A DNA stretch of 51,469 nucleotides from a virus (taxonomy: Duplodnaviria > Caudoviricetes). The position numbers and the translations under genes are program-made. The notes beneath the pieces were generated by a model. That model saw nothing but the letters and a program-made list of their open reading frames with translations. It had not been told where the DNA came from and ran no database searches. Shown in pieces: positions 17,926-26,862 of the stretch (its first letter is position 1; each line of letters begins with the position of its first letter). The stretch lies in the IMG/VR virus record IMGVR_UViG_3300011335_000209, positions 1-51,469 of that record. One strand, 5' to 3'.

Positions 17926-20298
17926 TTAGCTTAAAAGGTCTTTACCTTGCGTTTTTTCCAATAAATTTCTAATTTGTTCGTTCACTTCAGATTTTTCCAT
18001 TCCTTTAAACGTTTTCAAATACGAACCTTTTAGCCAGATTGTGCAAGCCTTTCCTTCCCATTTAACGGGGTGTCCAAGCGCGGAATAGCCAAGTTTCATG
18101 AAGATTTTGTTCAACAAAATGGTCTTTGGTACCTCAATATTTTCAACAAAACTTAGCGCTGTTGTGAAGTGGCGGCTAGACAATATTTGATCATTGAAGC
18201 CAAACCCACCTTCTGATAGCAATTCTTTTACAACACCAAAATCCTCACTTATGTTTAAACTGACCATCTGGTCTTTAGCCAAAGATGATGGTGCTTGGCC
18301 TTTTGGATTGAACAATGGGCTGAGTTGGTACTCAAGCAACCACCTCCTAAGTCCAGGTGAATGATCACGAATGGCGTTAAACAAGTTGCTGAAGTAGTCC
18401 GAATCAGCTACTTTGAGCAACTCGTGTTGGTCGTTAAAAGGTGTGAATTGAACCCACCATCGACGGTCTGTGTCCTCAAGTGGAAGGGCATCGTGGTGGT
18501 TTGTGAATGCAATGTAGTTGACTGTGTTTGGTGCCACATACTCGTTGATACCTTTAGGGTGTATTGTGACCTGATCATTAGTGATGTATGGCTTTATGGT
18601 ATTCAGCACATCGTGGCGGTTATGACCAACCATCCGAATCTCCTCAAGCACATTGACACACCTGCCTGCTGCCCAACTCGTAAAGCCAGTTGCCAACACG
18701 CTAGGTGACACAATGCCTACGTTGGGCATACCCATCACACCCATCATCAAGTTGCCTAGTACACTCTTACCGTCCCCCTCAATGCCTTTGATCAACGGAG
18801 CCCATCGAATTTTAGACCCTGGATTCTGAACGCAGTAAGCCATCCAACTGAGCATGATCTCTACAGCGTGTTGTTCAACCAAGATCATTGACAAATGAGC
18901 TTGCACAACTTCAATGGCTTTAAGGTCGCCAGCACTCAAAGAAGCAGGCACATCTGGTGGACTGTTCTTGTTGTATTCATTGACACATTCAATCCCATTG
19001 AGCTCAAATAAATCCTCAGCAGCAGGCAAGTAAATGATCTTATCAGGAGTAGGAATCCTAAACAGATCTAAGGACAATGTAGCCGCTGAGTCATCGCCAC
19101 AAAACCGGTTGAACATTGCACCAAAGCCTTGCTGCGAGACTTTCCTCTTACTACTGACATTGAAAAACTTGTCTTCGTGAGTGACATAAACCCAATCACC
19201 TAACCATTCTGGTACACCCTCATGGATTTTTGGCTTGATCAGATTTTTTGCGTCACCAATCGAGATAGGGAAGTTCAGGTCCTTGAACTTGGTCTTGAGG
19301 ATGCTTGCTAAAACGTTGCGACTGATGTGGTCAAGGCCAAGCTCAGTTTTGATTGCCTCAACTACCGCAGTCTTAAGCTGCTCAAGGTCAGTCTCGTCAA
19401 CAATCAAAGCCTTACAACGATCAAAAGTCCTGGTCTGCTCAGCCTTCTTAAACTCAATGACCTTTTTGATGATCGATGCAAGGGTTATGGCCCCGCCTCC
19501 TGAGCCGTGTTGTTCACTAAATGAGTCCCACTTGGACTCCAACTCACGGCGATCGTATGAACCGGTCTTTCGGCTGGCTTTATCCCATAACCCCATCCAT
19601 TCCTCACCACCTCTGCCTTGATGATGCAAAGCCATGCCAAGTTGAAGCCATAGGTCATACGGCTCAATGTCACCTATGAATGGCAGCAGTTCAGTCTCAA
19701 CCCGTTCAAGATCCCAATCATTGAGCGGTGGTTTATAGGACTCAAGGCCAAGAGCCTCGTTAGACCCAAAATGCTTTTCAACAAACCAGCCTACATCTTG
19801 GATAGTATCTGGCAAAAGGCTATGACCGTTTAAGGTGTGGCCCGTCACTGTGAAATAGCGACCTTCCTTATAGACCTCAATGTCACCAACTTTGCCTGAC
19901 TTGGCTAAGTTTGATCGAGTGAACAGTTTGATGCCAGCCCCTGAAGGACTGGTTTCTGCATAGCCATCAACCCGGTCTAGCAGCTCATTGGCCACATGGT
20001 TCATTTTGCCGTCAATGATGCAGTCATCTAGATCTATGCCTTGAAAGTCACCAGAGCCATCAATTGTGATGCCTATGCCATCAAAACCATCCACAAAATA
20101 GGCATCTAGTGCATCTTCATAGGTTGACCACGTACTAGGGTCTGTACTTTTGGCCATTCGGCCGTTTGTTTGATACGGTATTTTTTTCCACTTTTTACCG
20201 TCAAGCACTAGCTTCCAAACGACCCATCTAGGGATGGCCTTAAGAGCTTGCGGGATAAATTCCGGTAAGACCGCTAAAACTGTAGGTTTAGTTTGCAT
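17926..20298 (-). CDS. Primase-polymerase / PriCT-2 / SF3-type helicase fusion
   Basis: WVVW..KIPY..GIDLDDC..ETSPSGAG..RYFTVTG (AEP, NrS-1-like); YDLWLQLGMALH (PriCT-2); GIEGDGKS Walker A, VLEEI, FTNH; start moved to MQTKP. Confidence 0.88.
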   Translation of the reverse strand: MQTKPTVLAVLPEFIPQALKAIPRWVVWKLVLDGKKWKKIPYQTNGRMAKSTDPSTWSTYEDALDAYFVDGFDGIGITIDGSGDFQGIDLDDCIIDGKMNHVANELLDRVDGYAETSPSGAGIKLFTRSNLAKSGKVGDIEVYKEGRYFTVTGHTLNGHSLLPDTIQDVGWFVEKHFGSNEALGLESYKPPLNDWDLERVETELLPFIGDIEPYDLWLQLGMALHHQGRGGEEWMGLWDKASRKTGSYDRRELESKWDSFSEQHGSGGGAITLASIIKKVIEFKKAEQTRTFDRCKALIVDETDLEQLKTAVVEAIKTELGLDHISRNVLASILKTKFKDLNFPISIGDAKNLIKPKIHEGVPEWLGDWVYVTHEDKFFNVSSKRKVSQQGFGAMFNRFCGDDSAATLSLDLFRIPTPDKIIYLPAAEDLFELNGIECVNEYNKNSPPDVPASLSAGDLKAIEVVQAHLSMILVEQHAVEIMLSWMAYCVQNPGSKIRWAPLIKGIEGDGKSVLGNLMMGVMGMPNVGIVSPSVLATGFTSWAAGRCVNVLEEIRMVGHNRHDVLNTIKPYITNDQVTIHPKGINEYVAPNTVNYIAFTNHHDALPLEDTDRRWWVQFTPFNDQHELLKVADSDYFSNLFNAIRDHSPGLRRWLLEYQLSPLFNPKGQAPSSLAKDQMVSLNISEDFGVVKELLSEGGFGFNDQILSSRHFTTALSFVENIEVPKTILLNKIFMKLGYSALGHPVKWEGKACTIWLKGSYLKTFKGMEKSEVNEQIRNLLEKTQGKDLLS

Positions 20299-20491
20299 GG
20301 CTTCCCCTTGCTTGGTCGGCAAGGAGTGCCGCCACACCAATCTCCATGAACGCAACGATCAAAGCCGTTCTGTTCATACCTTTTGGCAAATTGGATGTGG
20401 CCTTTATGGCTTCAGAGAGATAGATGCGGGTTGCATCACAGCTGTCATAAACGCGACCTTCTATTGAAGAGTTTGACTGCGGAGAGTCCAT
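20288..20491 (-). CDS. Hypothetical protein
   Basis: 67 aa ORF overlapping the primase start. Confidence 0.45.
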   Translation of the reverse strand: MDSPQSNSSIEGRVYDSCDATRIYLSEAIKATSNLPKGMNRTALIVAFMEIGVAALLADQARGSHAN

Positions 20492-20595
20492 GGTTTTCTT
20501 TCAATGCCCATTCACAAGTGTTGATTGGACGGCAGCTGTGAAAGGGTAGAGCTGCCTTGTCGGCCGAATAGCTAGTTCGTCCCAAGTCCAAAAAT

Positions 20596-20644
20596 ATTGT
20601 ACCTCTAAAAAATTTAGATGTACAATCTTACATCTAAATTTTTT
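20596..20644. promoter_or_regulatory. Overlapping divergent sigma70-like promoters with a palindromic operator
   Basis: TTGTAC-18-TACAAT reads on both strands within 20596-20626; perfect 16-bp inverted repeat 20607-20622/20629-20644; located at the strand switch. Confidence 0.7.
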
Positions 20645-20656
20645 TTTTGCAAAACC

Positions 20657-20908
20657 ATGACCAAAGATCATAAACTCAGAGCATCATGTCAACTAGCTTT
20701 AGAGCTAGTCCATGCCCATTTTGGCACAAAGGCAGAGATGGCCCGGCGGGCAGGAATGAGCCGCAATGCTGTATCATACTGGTTCACTAGAGGCCAGATA
20801 GGTAGGGCTGCAGCCATAAGATTCGGCAGAATCAAGGCCCTAGGAATAACCAAAGAACACTTGAGACCAGACATCAAGGACTGGACCCCTATGCATAAAC
20901 GCAAATAG
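20657..20908 (+). CDS. Cro/YdaS-like HTH transcriptional regulator
   Basis: FGTKAEMARRAGMSRNAVSYW HTH and C-terminal LRPDI. Confidence 0.75.
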   Translation: MTKDHKLRASCQLALELVHAHFGTKAEMARRAGMSRNAVSYWFTRGQIGRAAAIRFGRIKALGITKEHLRPDIKDWTPMHKRK

Positions 20909-20981
20909 TTGCAAAATAGTTGTGTACAGACCAAAAAGTGTTGTACAATGCACTCACGGCAATCTCGCCGTCTCAATGTTG
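20903..20981 (+). promoter_or_regulatory. Repeated promoter + stem-loop cassette, copy 1
   Basis: TTGTGT-18-TACAAT, then ACGGC-aatctc-GCCGT-CTCAATGTT and RBS. Confidence 0.8.
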
Positions 20982-20994
20982 TAAAGGATCAAAC

Positions 20995-21210
20995 ATGAAG
21001 TTCAAACTCGATGTCGCTAGGGACGTAGATACTGATGAACCTGGAGTGTTCATCATGAACTTGCCAGGTGGATGGAAGTTCAACCATGATTTGTTCAGCT
21101 TGTCTCACACCCATGCGTATGACTCAATGAAAGAGCTGCGGGCAGATCTAAAGCAGTCTGTTGAACCGTGTGACTGCGCTGAATGCCGGCGCATGATTGC
21201 CAAAAAATAG
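20995..21210 (+). CDS. Hypothetical early protein with C-terminal CDCxxC
   Basis: AAGGA RBS, ATG at 20995; flanked by cassette copies 1 and 2. Confidence 0.7.
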   Translation: MKFKLDVARDVDTDEPGVFIMNLPGGWKFNHDLFSLSHTHAYDSMKELRADLKQSVEPCDCAECRRMIAKK

Positions 21211-21283
21211 TTGCAAAATAGTTGTGTACAAGCCTAAAAGTGTTGTACAATGCACTCACGGCAATCTCGCCGTCTCAATGTTG
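21205..21283 (+). promoter_or_regulatory. Repeated promoter + stem-loop cassette, copy 2
   Basis: 79 bp nearly identical to 20903-20981; differs only in the spacer (gacca vs agcct). Confidence 0.8.
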
Positions 21284-21293
21284 AAAGCCTATC

Positions 21294-21497
21294 ATGACCG
21301 TCCTCACAGCCAACAACCCGCTCATCGTCACCATCAAAAATGTCTATGGAAAAGAGATGATCTATCCAGCCAATTCGGTTGCTCAAATTTTTGCTGACAT
21401 TGCTCGGCAGACAACTTTGAGCCGCGACACGCTTAAGCAAGCACAAGCACTTGGCTACAAAGTTGAAGTCAAGCAAACTGCTTTGGAGTTTGCATGA
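21294..21497 (+). CDS. Hypothetical early protein
   Basis: 67 aa; KNVYG...YP...TL....LGY pattern common in small phage proteins. Confidence 0.7.
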   Translation: MTVLTANNPLIVTIKNVYGKEMIYPANSVAQIFADIARQTTLSRDTLKQAQALGYKVEVKQTALEFA

Positions 21498-21655
21498 ACG
21501 ACCTTACTAAAGACATCATGAAATGGCTCAACATTGACGTTGAGCTTGCACTAGACGTGCAATACAAGATGATGGAAACAGGCATTTCGTTTGGCAGTAG
21601 CTCAACTCGTAAGCTCAAACAGTGTGCAAAAGAATGCTTGGACTTGATCAAATGA
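21494..21655 (+). CDS. Small hypothetical protein (53 aa)
   Basis: GGAG RBS, ATGA overlaps on both sides. Confidence 0.55.
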   Translation: MNDLTKDIMKWLNIDVELALDVQYKMMETGISFGSSSTRKLKQCAKECLDLIK

Positions 21656-21765
21656 AAGTCTTTTTGGCACTAATTGCCATATCGGTCTTAGTGCCATTCT
21701 TTTTATTAGGTATGGCAGCTAACGTGCTCATTTGTCACGTTTGGAATTGGGCCATTGCCAAATGA
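21652..21765 (+). CDS. Small membrane protein (37 aa)
   Basis: MKVFLALIAISVLVPFFLLGMAANV...; ATGA overlaps on both sides. Confidence 0.45.
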   Translation: MKVFLALIAISVLVPFFLLGMAANVLICHVWNWAIAK

Positions 21766-23306
21766 ACTTGTACCCTCATCAAGTCCAAGCCGTTGAGTGG
21801 CTAGGTCAACGACCTAAAGCCATTCTTGCGCTTGACATGGGTCTAGGTAAGACAGGGGTGTCTAGCCTAGACTTGTCTGTGCCTGCATTGGTTGTGTGTC
21901 CTGCATCACTCAAACTCAACTGGCAAGCCGAGCTCAAAATGTGGCGGCCTGAGCTTAGCGTGCAGGTTGTGCGCAGCCCCAAAGATCCAATCAAAGGCCT
22001 TGACGTCACCATTGTCAACTATGACATACTAGGCAAGCTTGACCTACCTAAACCGGCCACCTTGATAGTGGACGAAGCCCACTACATCAAGAACTACAAA
22101 GCCAAGCGTACCAAGCTGTTGATGAGTCTGATCAAGACCACAACCAACGTCAGCCTGTTGACAGGCACACCTATAGTCAATCGGCCTATCGAGCTGTGGA
22201 CTCTACTCTATTCGATTGGAGCCACTAAGCTAGGCTACTTTGAGTTTGGTATGAGGTTCTGTGCAGGATGGAAAACACCCTGGGACACTTACGATTTCAG
22301 TGGCTCAAGCCGTAAAAGTGAATTGATCAGAGTGTTAGAACCGTTCATGCTGCGGATGACAAAAGCTGAGTGCATTGACTTGCCATTAAAAACCTATCGA
22401 GTCATTGCTCTTGATTTGCCAGTTGACAAGCGTGAGAAGCAGTTCAATCAAGACCAAATTGACAAGCCTGATTCAATCCCGTTTGAAGCCATCAGTGACA
22501 TCAGGCGGCTCAATGCAGAGCGTAAGCTAGACCAATCTATAAACTATATCAAAGACTGTCTTGAACAAATTGACAAGGTTGTAGTCTTTGCTCATCATAC
22601 CCACATCATTGATGGACTCGTAAGTGCCCTCAAAGAGTTTGAACCAGTCATGGTCACAGGTTCAGTCAAGAATGAAGATAGACACGTTGCAGTTCAAACA
22701 TTCCAAAATGATCCTAAGTGCAGGGTCTTTGTAGGCAACATCAAAGCTGCCGGAGTAGGTCTGACTCTAACAGCAGCAAGTCATGTCGTATTTGTTGAAG
22801 CACCTTGGTCTCCTTCAGACCTTCAACAGGCAGCAGACCGCTGCCACAGAATCGGTCAACAAGACAATGTCACTATTGACTTGTTGACGATAACCGGGTC
22901 CATCGATGAAATTATCTTACACAAGATACTGACCAAGATGGATGTCATTGATAGTGTCATTAAGGAGTCTACGGACATGAACGAAAAATTGATTGCAGCC
23001 AAGCTGCGTGAGCTGGCCGAATTGTTTGATTTGGTTGAGCAAGAGGCACCAACATCCAAAGCCATTAAGCAAGAAGCCCCTAAGGCCGTTGAGCAAGAGG
23101 TGCAAACGCCTAAAAAGCCGGCTAAGCAAATGGAAATTGAAGCCTTCACCCTTGACCACATTCGCCAAGCAATGGCCAAGCTGATCGGAGCAGGCAAGCG
23201 TGATAGAGCCCTTGAAATTCTGGCTGAACTTGGAGTCAAGAAGGTTAGCGAGATCAATGAAGAGCAATTCTCACAAACTATGGAATTGGTCAATGAAGCA
23301 CGCTAA
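21762..23306 (+). CDS. SNF2-family helicase with C-terminal extension
   Basis: DMGLGKT, DEAH, LTGTP, GVGLTL, QAADRCHRIGQ. Confidence 0.92.
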   Translation: MNLYPHQVQAVEWLGQRPKAILALDMGLGKTGVSSLDLSVPALVVCPASLKLNWQAELKMWRPELSVQVVRSPKDPIKGLDVTIVNYDILGKLDLPKPATLIVDEAHYIKNYKAKRTKLLMSLIKTTTNVSLLTGTPIVNRPIELWTLLYSIGATKLGYFEFGMRFCAGWKTPWDTYDFSGSSRKSELIRVLEPFMLRMTKAECIDLPLKTYRVIALDLPVDKREKQFNQDQIDKPDSIPFEAISDIRRLNAERKLDQSINYIKDCLEQIDKVVVFAHHTHIIDGLVSALKEFEPVMVTGSVKNEDRHVAVQTFQNDPKCRVFVGNIKAAGVGLTLTAASHVVFVEAPWSPSDLQQAADRCHRIGQQDNVTIDLLTITGSIDEIILHKILTKMDVIDSVIKESTDMNEKLIAAKLRELAELFDLVEQEAPTSKAIKQEAPKAVEQEVQTPKKPAKQMEIEAFTLDHIRQAMAKLIGAGKRDRALEILAELGVKKVSEINEEQFSQTMELVNEAR

Positions 23307-24396
23307 ACTCTCACCGAGTGCTAGCTCTAGATGGATGACTTGCCCAGGCAGCGTCCATCTGGAACCTGACATTAAAGGTGGCGACTCAAGCATTTATGCA
23401 GAAAAGGGCTCGGCAATGCATGAAGTGTCTGACTTTTGCCTGACTAAAGGCCTTGAACCAAACTGGTTTATTGGCAAGACAATCAACAGCCACATCATCA
23501 CGCATGAAATGGCTGAGCTCGTACAAGTCTATGTGAACTACATCCAATCTTTGAACGGCCAAAAGTTTTACGAAGAGAAGGTTACACTTGCAGAAGTCAT
23601 CAATGATTGCTGGGGTACAGCAGATGCCATCATCATTGACGGTTCATTGATGAGAGTCATTGATCTTAAGACAGGCAGCGGTGTGCGCGTAGAGGCTGAT
23701 GGCAACACTCAGCTGCTCTGCTATGCATTAGGTGCTTACCTCAAATATGGTCTTGTCTATGACATAGACACAATCATGATGACTATCGTTCAACCACCAA
23801 TGAACAGCATCGACAGCTGGACCATTGAACTAAACGAACTCTTAGCATTTGCTGAAGAACTAAAGCGCTCTTATGCAGCCATTCAAAACGAACCTAATAA
23901 GTTTGTGGCTAGCGAGAAGGCCTGCAAATGGTGTCGTGCAAAAGCCAAATGCCCAGAAATGAACCGCTTAGCCAATGAGGCTGCAGCTATTGACTTCAAG
24001 ACTATGCCAGTTGGAATGGACCTTATAGAGGAATGGTTGCCTAGGTTGTCAATGCTCAGCGCGTTTGTTGAAGCCGTGGAAGCTAAAGCAAAAGACATCT
24101 TACTAACCGGAGGCCTGATACCTGGCTGGAAAGTTGTTGAAGGCCGTAAGACTAGGTCATGGCAAGACATACCAAAAACCGAGCTGTGGTTGAAAAAACA
24201 AGGATACGACCAGATCTATACAAAGTCAGTTTTGCTTAGCGTGGCTCAAATGGAGATTGCCCTTAAAGGTGAGAGCCTAGACATGACAGCCTTAATTAAG
24301 GTAGACGTTGGCCAACCAACCATTGCCCCTGAAAAAGACAAGCGGTCATCCGTTGACAAGAGTCAGTCTGCAAAAAAAGATTTTGCAAAAAGCTAA
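23293..24396 (+). CDS. DUF2800 / Cas4-like PD-(D/E)xK exonuclease
   Basis: HAKLSPSASSRWMTCPGS, GTAD, IDLKTG, QLLCYALG, CKWCRAKAKC. Confidence 0.88.
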   Translation: MKHAKLSPSASSRWMTCPGSVHLEPDIKGGDSSIYAEKGSAMHEVSDFCLTKGLEPNWFIGKTINSHIITHEMAELVQVYVNYIQSLNGQKFYEEKVTLAEVINDCWGTADAIIIDGSLMRVIDLKTGSGVRVEADGNTQLLCYALGAYLKYGLVYDIDTIMMTIVQPPMNSIDSWTIELNELLAFAEELKRSYAAIQNEPNKFVASEKACKWCRAKAKCPEMNRLANEAAAIDFKTMPVGMDLIEEWLPRLSMLSAFVEAVEAKAKDILLTGGLIPGWKVVEGRKTRSWQDIPKTELWLKKQGYDQIYTKSVLLSVAQMEIALKGESLDMTALIKVDVGQPTIAPEKDKRSSVDKSQSAKKDFAKS

Positions 24397-24463
24397 AAAT
24401 AGTTGTGTACAAGCCTAAAAGTGTTGTACAATGCACTCACGGCAATGTCGCCGTCTCAATGTT
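24396..24463 (+). promoter_or_regulatory. Repeated promoter + stem-loop cassette, copy 3
   Basis: Same element, loop variant aatgtc. Confidence 0.8.
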
Positions 24464-24475
24464 AAAAGGTCTAAA

Positions 24476-25447
24476 ATGGCACATGAACTAGATTTCTCAA
24501 ACGGTCAAGAAAACGTTGCACTGGCTAAAAAAGGTGCATGGCACGGTCTTGGTCAGATCCTCGAAGCGGGTCAGTCCATTGGTGTGTGGGCAAAAGCTGC
24601 AGGCTTGACACACACGGTTAACCGCTCAACGGTCCAGTACAACACCGAGTCCGGCATCATGCCGCATGCTAGCAAAGATGTCCTTTGGCGGTCAGACACA
24701 CTAGCACCTTTGGGTGTGGTCAGCAATGACTACAACATTGTCCAGCCAGCAGATGTGCTTGACTTTTTTGCTAAGCTTGCTGAAAACAATCACTTTGAGT
24801 TGGAATCAGCCGGTGCACTCTCGGGTGGCAAGCGTATTTGGGCAATGGCCAAAGTCAATGATGGAGCTACCATAATTGGCCAGGATGTTGTCAAACCCTA
24901 TGTCCTGCTGGCAACATCATACGACGGCACCCTTGCAACCACGGCGCGTTTTACAAGTGTCCGCGTGGTGTGCAGCAACACTCTTGGTTATGCCTCAGCT
25001 GAGTCCGGTGACACGGTCCGTATCAATCATTCAAAAGAGTTTAGCGCAAAAGATACAGCACTGGATCTTGGCATTGCTCTGAATGGCTTTGAAAAGTTCT
25101 TGATCGACTCACGTCGCTTAGCTAAAAGGGAAGTCAACGCAACCTTTGCAGTTGAGTTCCTTAAAAAGCTGTTGCCGACATCGATGTCAACTAAGTTTGT
25201 TGATGGCATCAAAAAGATGGAGATTGTGCCAGTAGAAAAGACAAAGGCTTTCCAGTCAATCATGGCTTTGTTCAATGGGCAAGCTATCGGCAATGAGCTG
25301 CCAGAAGCAGAAGGCACAGCTTGGGGTTTGCTCAATGCTGTGACTGAGCATGTTGATCACGGCCTAAACCAGAATGCAGCATGGTTTGGCTATGGCAACA
25401 CTCTCAAGAACAAAGCACGTGACCTACTGATTGAGGTCACTGCGTAA
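24476..25447 (+). CDS. DUF932-family protein (TIGR03299-like)
   Basis: AWHGLG, LGVVSNDY..VQ, SAGALSGGKRIW, TSYDG, RVVCSNTL, TAWGLLNAVTE. Confidence 0.85.
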   Translation: MAHELDFSNGQENVALAKKGAWHGLGQILEAGQSIGVWAKAAGLTHTVNRSTVQYNTESGIMPHASKDVLWRSDTLAPLGVVSNDYNIVQPADVLDFFAKLAENNHFELESAGALSGGKRIWAMAKVNDGATIIGQDVVKPYVLLATSYDGTLATTARFTSVRVVCSNTLGYASAESGDTVRINHSKEFSAKDTALDLGIALNGFEKFLIDSRRLAKREVNATFAVEFLKKLLPTSMSTKFVDGIKKMEIVPVEKTKAFQSIMALFNGQAIGNELPEAEGTAWGLLNAVTEHVDHGLNQNAAWFGYGNTLKNKARDLLIEVTA

Positions 25448-25515
25448 AGATTGGTCTGACGACCAAATGACAGGGAGGAAAGACTCCCATTTTATCAACG
25501 TTTTAAGGACTAAAA

Positions 25516-26040
25516 ATGTCAAAGCTGGTTACCCCTGAGTTCCGTGGATCTTTTGTGCACATTCTTGAACCTCATGCAATCAAAGGTGTTGAAGGTGCAA
25601 AGGCTCGTTATCAAATCACAATCCCGCTGCCTAAAAAGCATGCATTCTGGACTGATCTCAACAAATTAGTTGACGAGACCGGCAAAGCTAAATGGGGCAA
25701 AATTCCTCCTAAAATGAAATCGCCAGTTAAAGATGGTGATGAAGAAGATCGGCCAGAATTTGCAGGTTGCTATAGCGTGCAAGCCACGTCAAACAACAAG
25801 CCCGGCATTGTTGATGCGGCTCTGAAACCCATCATGGATGCCAATGAGATCTACAGCGGTGCTTACTACCGGGCTTCAATTCGAGCTTATGCTTGGGAGC
25901 ATCCCACTGGTGGCAAAGGTGTGTCGATTGCTTTGGACAACGTCATGAAAGTTAAAGACGGTGAGGCTTTTAGTGGTCGGACTGATGCATCTGATGACTT
26001 TGCCAACTTTGCCAAAGAAGACGCTGACTTGCTCGGCTAA
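25516..26040 (+). CDS. Single-stranded DNA-binding protein (DUF2815 / gp2.5-like)
   Basis: RGSFVHILEP, PVKDGD, IYSGAYYRAS, GVSIALDNV; acidic C-terminal tail. Confidence 0.85.
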   Translation: MSKLVTPEFRGSFVHILEPHAIKGVEGAKARYQITIPLPKKHAFWTDLNKLVDETGKAKWGKIPPKMKSPVKDGDEEDRPEFAGCYSVQATSNNKPGIVDAALKPIMDANEIYSGAYYRASIRAYAWEHPTGGKGVSIALDNVMKVKDGEAFSGRTDASDDFANFAKEDADLLG

Positions 26041-26112
26041 AGACAAACCTTAGCGCAGGTCAATGCGTCAATCGGGTGAAAAGCCCGTTTAATCAATACG
26101 AAGGAGTTAGTT

Positions 26113-26862
26113 ATGGAAAGCAGGATTATGGGCCTTGTCAAGGCCATGCACGCAAAATTTGGTTTGGCCGGTGATAATAAACCTTGGCATCTTGAACCTT
26201 ATGAGAAAGCCTTTCGAGTCAAAGCTTTGCAAGAGGAGCTTGATGAGTACATGAGGGCATCAACTCTTGTTGATGAGTATGACGCCCTTTTAGATCTGAT
26301 TGTATTTGCTGTCGGCACCCTTGATAGACAAGGGCTGCCATTGCTTGAAGGCTTTGAGAAGGTCATGAAGGCAAACATGGCCAAAGAGGTTGGCCAAAAT
26401 GGTGAAAAGCGTGGTGGCTTCAAGCGTGACCTAGTCAAACCTAAGGGTTGGGTTGGCCCTGAAGCAGAGCTTAAACAGATCATTGATCGGGTTCCTGTTG
26501 AGTCAGTAGCACCTAGCTCAGATGGCACAATCCAACCTGGCTTTGCACCTAAGTTCGATGCAACAAAAGTGCGAGTAGACTTGCTGCCAATAGTCCCAAT
26601 GATGCAGGTTGCCAATGTGTTTGGCTTTGGTGCTAAGAAGTACTTTGCCAACTCATACCGTCAAGGCGAGACTGTTGCTTGGTCACGTACTTATGGGTCA
26701 ATACTAAGGCACCTTTTTGCTTTCTGGCAAGGTGAAGATACTGATCCAGAATCAGGGCTGCCACACCTTGCCCATGCTGGAACCCAACTCTTTATCTTGA
26801 TGGAGCACACAGCCCACAACAAAGATAAAGATGACCGCTTTGTAGGGGGCAAAAATGAGTAA
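26113..26862 (+). CDS. Fusion of a MazG/PRA-PH-like NTP pyrophosphatase and a DUF5664 (dATP/dGTP diphosphohydrolase-like) domain
   Basis: N-terminal EELDE...DALLDL...ANMAK...KPKGW; C-terminal KFDATK..DLLP..FGAKKY..RHL..GEDTDPESGLPHLAHA. Confidence 0.8.
   Translation: MESRIMGLVKAMHAKFGLAGDNKPWHLEPYEKAFRVKALQEELDEYMRASTLVDEYDALLDLIVFAVGTLDRQGLPLLEGFEKVMKANMAKEVGQNGEKRGGFKRDLVKPKGWVGPEAELKQIIDRVPVESVAPSSDGTIQPGFAPKFDATKVRVDLLPIVPMMQVANVFGFGAKKYFANSYRQGETVAWSRTYGSILRHLFAFWQGEDTDPESGLPHLAHAGTQLFILMEHTAHNKDKDDRFVGGKNE

Noticed and set aside
20657-20908. Lysogeny switch
   Set aside because: A Cro-like HTH is present but no CI-like repressor, integrase or ParA was found
20903-21283. Direct repeats as a CRISPR array
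   Set aside because: Repeats are about 70-80 bp, dispersed, contain promoter boxes and enclose a gene; no regular spacers
23293-24396. Cas4-like nuclease as a CRISPR-Cas component
   Set aside because: DUF2800-type nuclease in the usual helicase/SSB/polymerase context; no other cas genes
26113-26862. 2-aminoadenine or 7-deazaguanine system implied by the DUF5664-like domain
   Set aside because: No purZ, folE, queC/D/E or dpdA-like gene recognised
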